Shown: positions 39,625-51,218 of the stretch, piece after piece
How positions within the stretch are numbered: the first letter of the stretch is position 1
How the letters are laid out: each line of letters starts with the position of its first letter
Notes under the pieces: model-generated
Seen by the model: the letters and a program-made list of their open reading frames with translations, nothing else
Database searches by the model: none
Told to the model about the DNA's origin: nothing
Program-made: the position numbers and the translations under genes
Assembly (NCBI GenBank): GCA_010093705.1
Contig: MU006094.1
Coordinates: forward strand, 172,020-236,019
Direction of reading: 5' to 3'
DNA length: 64,000 nt
Source: Patellaria atrata CBS 101060
Taxonomy: Eukaryota

Positions 39625-42600
39625 TTACTTTTTCGCCTTACCCTTGCCCTTATTGGCAGCACCACCTCGTCCTTTCTTCGGTCTCACGCTCTCCTCGCTA
39701 TCCTCGTCATCATCGTCCCGTGCTCGTTTCTTACCGTTGGCTGACTTCTGGGGTGCGGCTTTCTTCTTCTTCGGTGCCTTGATATATTTATCTTTAGAGA
39801 TATCGACATCCTCTTCTTCTTCCTCCTCCTCCTTCACATCGTCGATGACATCAGCTTCATCGGACTCTCCTATAGCTTCTTCGAGATCGGGCTTTTCCTT
39901 AGCGACTTTGCCTTTAGGAGCCGCGACATTGCTTGCTTTCATGAAAGGTAGTGGATGGGTTTGTTGGTTATATCTAGAAACACACGTTAACATAACTGAT
40001 TGAATAGATCAAAGTTACACTTACAGTCGAGTAAAAGTAGCCTTAGCTTGAGAGTCGATTTTGACTCCCTCTTGATTCATAGGTCCAACACCCAATTCCA
40101 TGATAGCATCAAAATCATCCTTTGTCAGGAAATAGCTATCCATAAGCTCAATCACTTCTGGAACCGCTTCTTTACCCTCTAGTTCGAGCTTCTTGACAAG
40201 TTGAGTCCATAGTAGTGGAATGTATTGCTGACGAACTTCATAACGATCTCCCGAAGCGCGTAGGCGCATATGGCCTTGGATTTCCTTGACTAATCTAGTG
40301 AATTTGCCTTCAAAATGTTAGCCATTAGTTCACCCTCAATAGAGTGGACACTGTTACCTTGACTACTATTCTTCCCCAACCATTGAGTGAATGGAGTGGG
40401 ACCCCCAGTCATACTGCCAGATATGAAACTTGCAGGTCTCACAAAACTGAAGATTGAATGTACAGGCATGAGACTCCATTGCTGTTGAGAACCGTGGATC
40501 ATACTGTCCACAAGATCACCATCACTAATGCTTGAGGCAGCTTTGTCTGAAAGCTCCAGAAGTTTCAATTTCTGCTCTCGTCCTGAATATCCATTCGCGC
40601 GTATAGGCTTCGTTGAAAGATAGTTCTCCTGAAGCATCAAATAGCTAAATTCGTGGTCGTTGAAGTATAGTTCACTCTTCTCGTTCAGCGTTGCTTTACT
40701 GCTCCCAGTGAACATACCTCCACCGAGGATCTTGCCGGCTATATCCCAAGGCCTTAGAACGATGTGCTTCTCCCATGCTTTTGACATTTCTTTTCCTTTC
40801 TCGAAATCTATCTGGTGTTCGTCAAGCTTAGCTGTGGATATCATATTGACTACTTGACGTATATCAGAGTTCGTGCCCTCGATCAAGGCATTCATGACAT
40901 TGACTGGAATCTTCAATTTTTCTCGGTAAGCAATAGTCATCATTCGAGCTCGAATCTGTTCCACTGTTGGTCGACGGAAAGGTAGATCGAAAACATTATA
41001 ATCAAAAGGCTTCATCTTCGGGAGCTTGCGGTCGTTACATATCATGATGATAGGGATTTGAGTTTTCTTGCAGATAGCGGCCATTGCACCAACACCACCT
41101 CGATCTCCAGCAGACATTCCGTCGACCTCGTCCATAATCAGTACCAATTTCTTCTTGGACGATTCAATCTTTGCATCGTCAGGAGCGAAATATCCAAGCA
41201 GCGAGGTCGTACTCAGAACACCTTTTAGCCCTTCTTCGACGAGCTTTTTACTTCTCGTGTCACTGGCATTATTTTCAACAACATCATAACCCTCTAGTTT
41301 CGCAACTAGATGGGCAGATGTTGTCTTTCCAACTCCCGGAGGGCCTGACAACATCACCGCACGATAGACTCCCGATCCGTCAAGTCCACCAACCTTGAAA
41401 TTGTGCCGCTGACTCTCTGGGAAGTTCCTAAGCCACCGCTGTAGTCTCTCTACTTGAATTTTGTTGCCGCATATATGCGCAATATCCGTCGGAGCATATT
41501 TTGAGGTCCAGAGTCTATTATCCACGGTAGGAGCAGACAGTTTCTGGGTCGAAGAAGCTCCTGACGATTTCTTGTCCGGTTGCTTGGCAGCTGCTCGTTT
41601 TGCAGCTTGTCGTTCTCTCTCTCTATCACGTCTATCCATCTCCTCAGCATCTTTTCTAATTGCATCTTCTTCCGCCTGCCTCTTCTCCGCCATCTTAACA
41701 GCAGCTTTGCCATCACCGCCGTTAGCAGGGAGTCGCTCAATGAGTGCTTTCAACCCATTTTCATCAATAGCCTTCAGCCCATGTTGCTTGATCACTTCAA
41801 GTTTCTTCGGGCCGGCATCATCGCCCAGGACTACATAACTAGTCTTTCTACTTGGGGCGCCCGTGACCTTGCCACCATACTCTTTGACAAGACGCTGACC
41901 TTCTTCCCGAGCAAGAGTTTTGAGCTGCCCTGTAAACACAAAAGTGAGTCCAGCTAGACAATTATCTGCACCAACGGGATTCTCAAATGTAGCCCCTTCA
42001 GTGGGTTCACGCCTAGGGGGTTCCCTGCCAGGTATGTAGATTGATTTGGAACCACCAGGTGGAGCAGGAGCTTCAACGGTAGGAATGGTGTCTAGGATAT
42101 CCTGAATCGCGGAATTTTCGGGTTCATCTCCCTTCTTAGACCTCTTCACCCCAGTCTTCTTTGTGGGTGTGTTCTTAGGCGTAGACTTCTTGGTGGGCGT
42201 GCCCTTTGGTGCAAGTTTCTTTGGGGACGCATCCTTGGGTGTCCTCGTCTTTTTGGGTTTGACATCTTCCTCATCTTCATCAAGATCGACAGATTTCCTC
42301 TTTCGACCCTTCCTAAGCCTATCAATGAGTATTCTCTCATCACCATCCGGAACGAGAAAGTCATCGTCGGGTGCTGTATCTTGCATGTCGACATCTTCTT
42401 TTGGTAGGTAATCGTCTGCATCCTTCGTGATTCGTGTTTGTTTGTCCCTTGGTGTAGTCCTTACGGGTAGACGCTTCGGCTCCTCGACATCAGAATCATA
42501 CACATAGTCGTCCTTCCGAGCCCCTTTCTTGAAGCTCGTAGTGAATACGTCATCACCAGCATCAATATCTGAACCAAAATCATCTTCATCCAACTCGATC

Positions 42601-43535
42601 TTTTTATAGCTCGTAGTATTTGCTTTTCGCGTTGACGATCTTCCATTGGATGTGGATGTCGATGCGGGGTTTTCATCGACCTTCTGTCCATTCCCTTTCG
42701 CATCCGTCTTAGAGTTTGTAGTAGTAAATATGTCATCACCGACGTCAATATCTGAACCAAAATCATCTTCGTCTAAGTCGGACTCTTTATAGCTCGTAGT
42801 AGGTTTCTTGCGCGTGGATTGTCTTCCATTAGGCGTCGATTTCGATGCGAGTGTTTCACCAGCCTTCTTCCCATTTCCCTTCGTATTCCTCTTAGGTGTG
42901 GATTTCGATGTAGACTCATTTGTGATCTTTTGGGCAGGCTTGACGGGCTCCGACCGTTTGGGTTTGTTCTTCGAACTAAAGAAAGCAGATGTGGTCGTTA
43001 CCTCTCCTTGAGGAGTCGTTTCCCTCTTCCTACTCCAACTATCAGCAAGATATATCTCATACAAGTAGATTGGTAGTAATCACAATGGCTTCTTTGCTGG
43101 CACTTTCTTCGGGGTAGTCTTCTTTGGCCTGTAACTGGTCAAACTACTTCCCAGACCCAGATTGGAGTCTCCGCTTACACTACTTCTTCCTCATCTTCGG
43201 AAGATTCAATGATCTTCTTCTTACCGCGTTTCTTGGGAGGTGATGCCTGCAAGCGTGACGTACGAGAATTAGCTTGTGCAGTTCTCAATAGAGTTTGATT
43301 AGACCGAGGTCTCGAGGACCTTAGTTTGGTCGGTGCCATATTGTTTTTGATGGATGATACGATTGGAGGAGAAGAAAGATGAGGGCAGTAAGGTAACAGT
43401 TCCGGAACGTAGACAGGACATGACCAACGAACGGTCGAAGACAACATAAAGATTATAACTCACCTCAACCTTCTTCGCTGGCGTCTTCTCCTGAGCCGGC
43501 TTACCACCAAAAAAACTTCTAATATCCGCAGGCAT
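39625..43535 (-). CDS. RFC1: Replication factor C large subunit
   Basis: MPADIRSFFGG; BRCT (CLAGLTFVFTG..GGKVTGAPSRKTSYVVLG); LWTSKYAP; Walker A GPPGVGKT; NASDTRS; DEVDGMS; RFC1 C-terminal domain. Five exons. Confidence 0.96.
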
Positions 43536-43667
43536 CTTGACAATTATCCAAACCAAAGCTCACAACCTTGATACACACTGCTCTCAAACTCTCGTATCAA
43601 CAAACTCTCTGCGGTATTTCGAAGGGGATGGTGTTAGTCCCGCAACACCGTCTCAATATGCTGTTGA

Positions 43668-43673
43668 ACGCGT
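43668..43673. promoter_or_regulatory. MCB element (ACGCGT) in the 268-bp divergent RFC1/MRPL16 promoter
   Basis: ACGCGT 133 bp upstream of the RFC1 ATG, with a second CGCG at ~43688. MBF control of replication genes is established. Confidence 0.5.
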
Positions 43674-43803
43674 CGATGACATGAGTTCGCGCACCTGGCC
43701 CGTGCACCAATTAACGTGCTTGGCATTTGCTACTCCCGTACCCGACAACCTCTATGAGAGCATTGTTAGAGGTGACTACCATCATACAGACGGCAGGTTC
43801 ATC

Positions 43804-44653
43804 ATGCCGCCTCCACGAATATCATCGAGTCTTCTGACTCAATTGAATGGGCTCGTCATATCGTGCTCGCGCGCTTCTCGTATGTCTCGGTTTAATGTCA
43901 ATTAGAAAAACTGTACCTAATACAACCATTCAGTACCTCCTAAATTCCTCATTCCAGCAATCTCTGCCCGCACCTTTACAACCACATCTCCATCCCTCAA
44001 CTGGCTAGCCCCCAAAGCAGGAGAGAACAAAAAGTCCCGCAAAGGCCGTCCACGCGTGCCTACCGGCGGCAGCGTCCGCGGCACCACTGTAGTATGGGGA
44101 GACTACGGTTTACGGATGAAAGATCACGACCGACGGGTTTCTGCCGCGCAACTCAAGAACGGGGAAGAGACGATCCGTAAGCGGTTGCGAGGGATGAAAT
44201 ACCGGCTCTACATGCGGGTATCAGCGAACATTGGCGTGTACACCAGTGGTAACGAGAGCAGAATGGGGAAAGGGAAAGGGACTTTTGATCATTGGGCCAG
44301 TAGAATTGCCGTTAGTAAGATTATTTTTGAAATCAAGGGGGATCTGCATGAACAGGTTGTGAGGGATGCGTTTAGGTTGGCGGGAAATAAGATGCCTGGT
44401 AAGTTTTTTTTAGAGAAACGATGGACATTGCACGAAGGCGATGAGTACTCTCAATGCTGATTCGAACTTAGGGCTATATGAATTCGTTAAGAAGGGTGAT
44501 CCGCCTGTTATGGGAATTACCAAATTGGGGAATGGTGTTACAGCTGAGTATCTGAAGAGACCTAGGCGAAAGCTACCACTGGAAGCAACGGTAGAGACGT
44601 TACCAGCTGCTTCCGGGTCTCCTGCTACAAACCCATCTCCGGTCGTTGTGTAA
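43804..44653 (+). CDS. MRPL16: Mitochondrial ribosomal protein uL16m
   Basis: Presequence-like exon 1; RKGRPRVPTGGSVRGTTVVWGDYGLR; RMGKGKGTFDHW; AFRLAGNKMPG. Two introns. Confidence 0.93.
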
Positions 44654-45253
44654 ATGTATTCTACATTGTATCATAGACTATCATCATAATTGAAGAGAGA
44701 GATCTATGGACACTACACATTTATTATCAAACAAAGTGACTACTGGCAAATATCTCTTCCCTTACCACGTTTGGCGCCGGTTGCTGTACGCTTGCTATAT
44801 ACTCTTCCAAAGACACTCGCACGAAGATCCCGATATCTGTCCAGTGTTTTGTACGATGTTGACATAGTACTGTGCAGTCACAGTCCATTGTACGGAGTAC
44901 AGTCTACGCAATACATTCAGCGGAGTTGGGGCCCATTTTCAGATCAAACGTAGAGTAACTTAAGAGCACCCTGACAAGAAATTGGATAATGTGAATTAAG
45001 AAATAGTTTTTATCGCATTCCTTAATGAAAACGGATTGAATCTAGTTCAGATCAACGTGCGGAGTATCCTGCTTTCGAATGGAGCTATCGTAAATGAACA
45101 TCTTATACCGGGATATAATACTGGATGCACAATCATCGAAGATTTCCCGAGACCGTTCAACACCGATCCCGCAGGGAATGCAATACAAATAAAATGACAA
45201 TCATTACGCTTTCCACTTCTTCTACTCTCCATGACATCGAGCTCTCCCATACA

Positions 45254-48200
45254 TCATCGTTGGAACCAATTGAACCGTTTTCGATCTGAGGCGGCGGCGG
45301 AAGGTTCAAGCATAATACTTCGTTCATAAAGTTCCTATCATGGGTTCTATTAGCAAACAAACCTTCAACATCCCTGAAACAGCAGAGTTGGAAAACATAC
45401 TATCAAACCTACAACAAGCTTCAAGACGAAAGTGATATCAGCAGAATGCTACGGTCTACCCTAGAGGGGGGCCACATGGAGAATGTCGAGGGGTTGTGAA
45501 GAGTACGTCGGACATCGCGGGATGCGGTCAACTTTTAACGACGCGGTGGGGTTGCTGGGGTGGATAAAGTAGTAGAGGGAAATTTAGACTCACATCATCG
45601 TCTTTAGCAATCTTTGCATCCAATACAAAACTCCTTACTTCATCGTTCCGGGGAAACGCGGGATATGGTATACCCTGTGCGCGCTGCACGCTTACTATCA
45701 CCTCCCCCATTATCTCGAATTTACGCCAGTTTATACGTTCCTTGTTACTGACAGCCCCAGCACTCAGACCGTCACCTCTATGGTCACCGAGGAGCGTCGG
45801 ATTACCCTCAGAAGCTGAAACCAGATCTCGTCGTAGCAAAGGTAGGTACGGAATACGCTCCGCCGAAGAGTTTTCCCATGCTAATCTGTAAGCGAAATGC
45901 GATTTCTGAGTACTCATCAGAATCTCAAGCTTCATAAAGTCCTTTTGTACCGCGGTAGATACGAGATCACGGGTTGCGCTTAGTCGATGTACAGCGGTTC
46001 CGTTGATACCGGCGAGGATAGCACCTAAAGCATTATAGTTGTTCAGTTCCCGAAGTTTCTGTAGTGTAATGTCAGAGATATCTTCGAATTGAAAAATTTA
46101 GGAGTGGAAAGTTTTACCCTTGCTACCTTCATAAACTTTTCCAACATCATCGCACGATGTTTGGGTTTATCTCGTAGTAATACGAAATTTGCGACCCAAT
46201 AGGCTAAATGATTGAAATGTTCAATCATCCTGTTGACATTCTCCAGACTCTTGCACCTCTTCTTCTGTTCACCAGACAGACTCACGTGACGTACTAGATC
46301 CCTGGGCCGTATGGACGAGAACATTATCCAGTCCATTCGAGTGAGTTCCCTCGCAATACTCTCATCAGTTTCGCCCATCATCTGGTGCCATTGTAGCTTG
46401 CTCAATACTACCCGCGGAATAGGCGTGAGAAGTTTAGCTTGCCGTTGCGCGGCCTCTACTGTGTTCAGCATCGTTTGTGACGTGCTTGTAGAGCCGGTGC
46501 TAGACCTCACAGTGCTAGGTGACAACAAGATACTCTGAGTACCACTCTCGCCAGTCTCGATCGAAAGTTTTCCAACATCTCTACTAAGTCCCTCATCTTC
46601 AGATGCATCTGACATGGTTGTTGAGTTGCTCAAGAAGGTTTTTGAGGTGTCTGATCTTTCTCGACCTTTATCGCAGCAAGCCCACTCAAAATCATCGTCT
46701 TCAACCACTACCTCCAGATCTGCAAGAATCTCTTTTGCCGCAAGGGAGTAAATTCTGACGCCAGACAACTTGCTCACAAAGTCCACTGCTTTTCTACGCG
46801 TCGATGGATGAGCAAAATCACCTGGATACAATTTGACCCATTCTTCCAGTATCGTTAGATGCCTTAGTTGAGCTATAGTCTTGAGCAACTTGGGAGACTG
46901 ATCATAGTCAACAGCATTGAAACGCCGAACAATAGCATCCAGCAATTGTCTAGGAGCTGCGAATTTCCGGAATAAAGCAAGAAATATTGCGGAGAACTTA
47001 GTGTCTGCTTTAGAAAGAGGTTGGCTTAATAAACGATCGACAAGCTGATCGAAGGTATACCCCTTTTCATCTGAAGGTTGATCTACTTCACTTTGCCTTT
47101 CCAGCTCAGAAGTTTCCCCTTCGGAATCATGAGATTCGTGTGTTGGTGACTCTTCAAGATCTAAAAATGATCTCTGTGGGGTGCCGTGCCGTTGGTTCGC
47201 AGTCTTGGAATTAGCAGGAAAGTGATTCTGGGCTTCTGCCTCGTACGGATTTGGCGTTTGTAGCTTTAGTTTCGTGCCAGAGAACTCAGAACTAGCTCTT
47301 TCATGTTTGTGAGCAGGAGAAGGACGTGGTACAGTGAGTTGGCGCGCTGCAGAAGAATTCGCACGATGTCTTGTAGCGGCATTTTTCGATTGTGCTGGTT
47401 ACGGTTTTTAGTGCTCTTACTGGTAAATAAAGGAATGTTATAAGTGTTATGCACCCCCCATGGTGTATATGAAATATTAACCGTCGACGGACGTACCTTG
47501 TCTTGCCGCAATAACAGCTCCAAGAATCATGGACATGCATTTCTGATGCGTCTCAGGAGCAGTGTGTGATACCTGAATAGCACTAACTTCACCGAGGAAC
47601 GACTTTGCTCGTCTTTCCACTGCATTAGGGTCGACCTGGCGTAGTGCGGGGTGATTGTCGCATTTACAAGAGACAAGAACAGAAGGAAGGGACGCTTTAT
47701 GGAAGGCCACTGGGACATCCGTAAGTATTTAACAAATTCAGGAGCGTAGTATATTCTCTCAGAGAGTGATATAAGAGTTCATGTACGTAGAGAGCGGAAC
47801 CTACTTAACATAGGAGGAACATGCTCCAAGCTTTCAGGGTTCATAATATCGTAGAGCGTTAATGCACCATCAATTCGTGGCATAGGCCTATCGTCAATGG
47901 CATCTGGCCAGCGGATGCGGTCATCATCTTCAATAGTCACATCATCAAATGGGACCTCGACTAGTCGCACAATACGTACGTCGCCTTCAATGGACAGCTT
48001 CCTAGCCGAAATTTTCGAGGGTGCAGAGGTTCTCAAGTCGAAAGCTCGTTGTATGAAGGAGGATTTACCAACTCCAGGTGCCCCTAGGACGCCAATATTG
48101 ATGTCTGTCATGGTTGCGCTCTCCTTACCCTATATCACATATCAGTCACCTGTTATTCAAGACAACCTCGCTATTGCGAACGAAGGGTATTGCTTACCGA

Positions 48201-48689
48201 CAAGTATGAATAGGGGCTCTCAAAGGGATCTGCTCCAGCGCCTGAGCGGGATTTTACATGAGTGGGGGAGAGTGGTCCTTCCCCGTCCGAAGAGCTTTCC
48301 CCCGAGCTCAAGTTTGTCTCTACCCGACCAATATGACTGGACTGTGTGATATCGAAGCGTTGGAAGAAGGGATCACCAACGATCTCGTCGCCTTCCCCAA
48401 ACTCATCACCGAGGAAATCATCCGCTAAATTTTCATTGTCGACACCTGAAGTCTGCGTACTCTGGACTAGAGGCTCTGAATATGCGCGACCCTTTAGGCT
48501 AGGACGTGAAGTTGATATCGGTCCGGAGGTGGTAAGGAGGGTATGGTCTGTGTCTTTGCGCAATGTCTGTTTGTAGGACTGTGAGCTTTTAGTTTTGTCT
48601 CTTTTGTGATGAGATTCTGTGGTTGAGGATTTAGTAGTGCTTCGAACCCCTTGCGCTCGATCAACGGCGGCTCGTCCTGATGCTGGCAT
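45254..48689 (-). CDS. RasGEF (REM + CDC25) protein with an N-terminal Ras-like P-loop domain
   Basis: GVLGAPGVGKS..LVSCKCD; FDQLVDRLL..FLALFRKFAAP; IARELTRMDW; NYNALGAILAG; IPYLPL; INWRKF; last exon ELYERSIMLEP..FNWFQR (45334-45254). The start codon is uncertain. Confidence 0.85.
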
Positions 48690-50822
48690 TTTGTGGGTGG
48701 GCCGCCGCCTACCCCGGATATTACTTGCTGCAGCTTGGTGCAACGTGATTAGACGTGCGAGAAGTGCTGACGACGCTGCTCGTCGCTCTCGCGATACAAA
48801 AGGCGTCGATGCTTCTCGACATTTGGTGTGAAGAGGGCTTCTATGAGACTTGGGCTATCGAAGCCCAGACGAGGGAGGTTGCGTTACGATGTTATCTCAC
48901 TGAGTAAGGTCTGTGAGATAGCAGCAAATGCTGTTCAGCTCTGTCTAATGCTGGCACATGAAGTTTGTACTACTCCTGCATGGAGTCTTGGAGCTGTGGG
49001 GCAGAGGGGTTGCAGTCTTCTTTTTCGCGTGTGAAGGTCGAGCTAGAACTACAGGATGATCAAAGCAACCGACTCGGCAAATGGTTCCCATGTTAAAGTG
49101 ATTTTCATGGTTTCGCGAACTCTGTTCCATCTTCCTACAAAGTATCAATATGTCCACAAAGATAGTACGATAGGCTGATCGATATGGTAAGTTTCTATTC
49201 AGGAGGATAGTATGCTCACCGCCAGCAAGGGTTCAGTGAGCCACGGGCATACGGTACTCTCAGGAGAGTAACGTGTCTTCTGGAAAGGTTCTTGTCCAGG
49301 CTTTTACAATAGGCAAAATAGCATCGAAGTATGCAAGAACATCTATTTGGATTCCAATAATAGGAAACATTTAGCTAATATTATCCGAAATTTAAGCCTA
49401 TTCCACACTTTAGTGCCCGCGGAATATATGGCCATTGTCCTGATCAGGACGTTGAAAATCTATATGATACATTGGTCTCCGTTCGAATTTCCCACCAGAA
49501 GCAGAAATAAGTCCATCAGAGTAGAAAGATGAATGAATCGAACTAGTAGAACGTTAAACATCTCACTGCGTCTTGGAGTATCTGTGAAGTATTTCATCGG
49601 AATATCAGCCTGATATATTATCTTTCTGTCTGGCTCTAGCTCATCATCTCACCTCCAGTCAAGCTAATGCATCATGTCATTTACCAGATTCAATATCATT
49701 CCGGCGGGTGTAGTCCAGTTCATTCGTTGCAAATCAAGGGGTCACAGTCCATGTTTGTTCTCGAGAAATCATGTAGGACCATGCTAGACTCTCTAGCCCC
49801 TTAATTCAACGAAATGTTCTGTTAGGATTCAGATAATGCAAGTGAATACCGTATCATCTGGACAGAAACAATAGGGCAAAGCCCTCTCCTACAGTACTAG
49901 GACTCTGATATATTTCTGTGTTGCATATGACATCCTGAGATTATCTTTCACTAAAGGGTTATATGTTAGACGAATATCATTTCTACAGCTTTCTCAAAAA
50001 CTTCGAATATTAGAAGTTGATGTTTACACTTACAACATCTGTCAGTATAAGAAGTCTTAGGTCCTCAAGGTCGTTACGGGAAGAATGGATGCCTTTCCAG
50101 ACTCTTAATTTTACAGGTTACGTTCAATCCAAAATAAGCATCGCTAATACTTCCAATCATTAAGTCTTTCGAATCATTATTTTAACTTCAGCTTATGATC
50201 ACTTAAGGGGGGCTAAGGATAACTGAAGAGACGAGTATAGGTGGCTGAGGCCTTTATACCTCCATCATAAGCAAATGTCGCGGCGAAGACAAGGGACTTC
50301 AATCAAGAACAAGACTGAGCAAGTGAGCATTTCACTCCAGCTCCCTAGTTCTTGGTATACTATCTGTGAAAATGTCATCAATCGGTCAATGAGCGGAGAA
50401 AAATGATCTTTATTCCATAAGTGAGACGCAGGTACATGTCTCTAAGATTTCTGTCGGAAAACAAATATTAACAGCGATGAACAGTAAAAAATCGAGGGAC
50501 GTTCCGTACTTCTATATCAGACGGTCCCCGTCCTAATCCCCTGGGACCAGAACATAAGTTGACACGTCACCCATGGCAACCAACCCACATAATCCTAAGA
50601 TAATCTAAGCCAGGAGGTAGGGCAAATAAAAAACATAAGAGTGCCGCTAAACAATGCGATTCAATGGAAATGGGGCACATTCATCTAAAAGGATTATAAA
50701 CATGCAAACCAAATCTCAAGTAGATATAATAGCAGCACTGTTCCAGACACAGTCAGGCCCACCATCAACTACCGTTACCTCTCAGTCACCACCGTCGTTC
50801 AGTCACTATCGTCGTCTAATTT

Positions 50823-51218
50823 CCATCGCCGTTCAGTTACCATCGCCGTTCAATTACCATCGCCGTTCAGTTACCATCGCCGTTCAGTTACCATCGCCGT
50901 TCAGTTACCATCGCCGTTCAGTTACCATCGCCGTTCAGTTACCATCGCCGTTCAATTACCACCACCGTTCAGTTACCACCACCGTTCAGTTACCACCACC
51001 GTTCAGTTNNNNNNNNNNNNNNNNNNNNNNNNNNNNNNNNNNNNNNNNNNNNNNNNNNNNNNNNNNNNNNNNNNNNNNNNNNNNNNNNNNNNNNNNNNNN
51101 NNNNNNNNTTACCACCACCGTTCAGTTACCACCACCGTTCAGTTACCACCACCGTTCAGTTACCACCACCGTTCAGTTACCATCGCCGTTCAGTTACCAT
51201 CGCCGTTCAGTTACCATC
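50823..51218. repeat. 17-bp minisatellite GTTCAGTTACCA(TCG/CCA)CC spanning an assembly gap
   Basis: About 11 units before and about 6 after the N run; degenerate copies extend back to ~50761. Confidence 0.95.
51009..51108. other. Assembly gap (100 N)
   Basis: Run of exactly 100 N, typical of a placeholder of unknown size. Confidence 0.99.
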
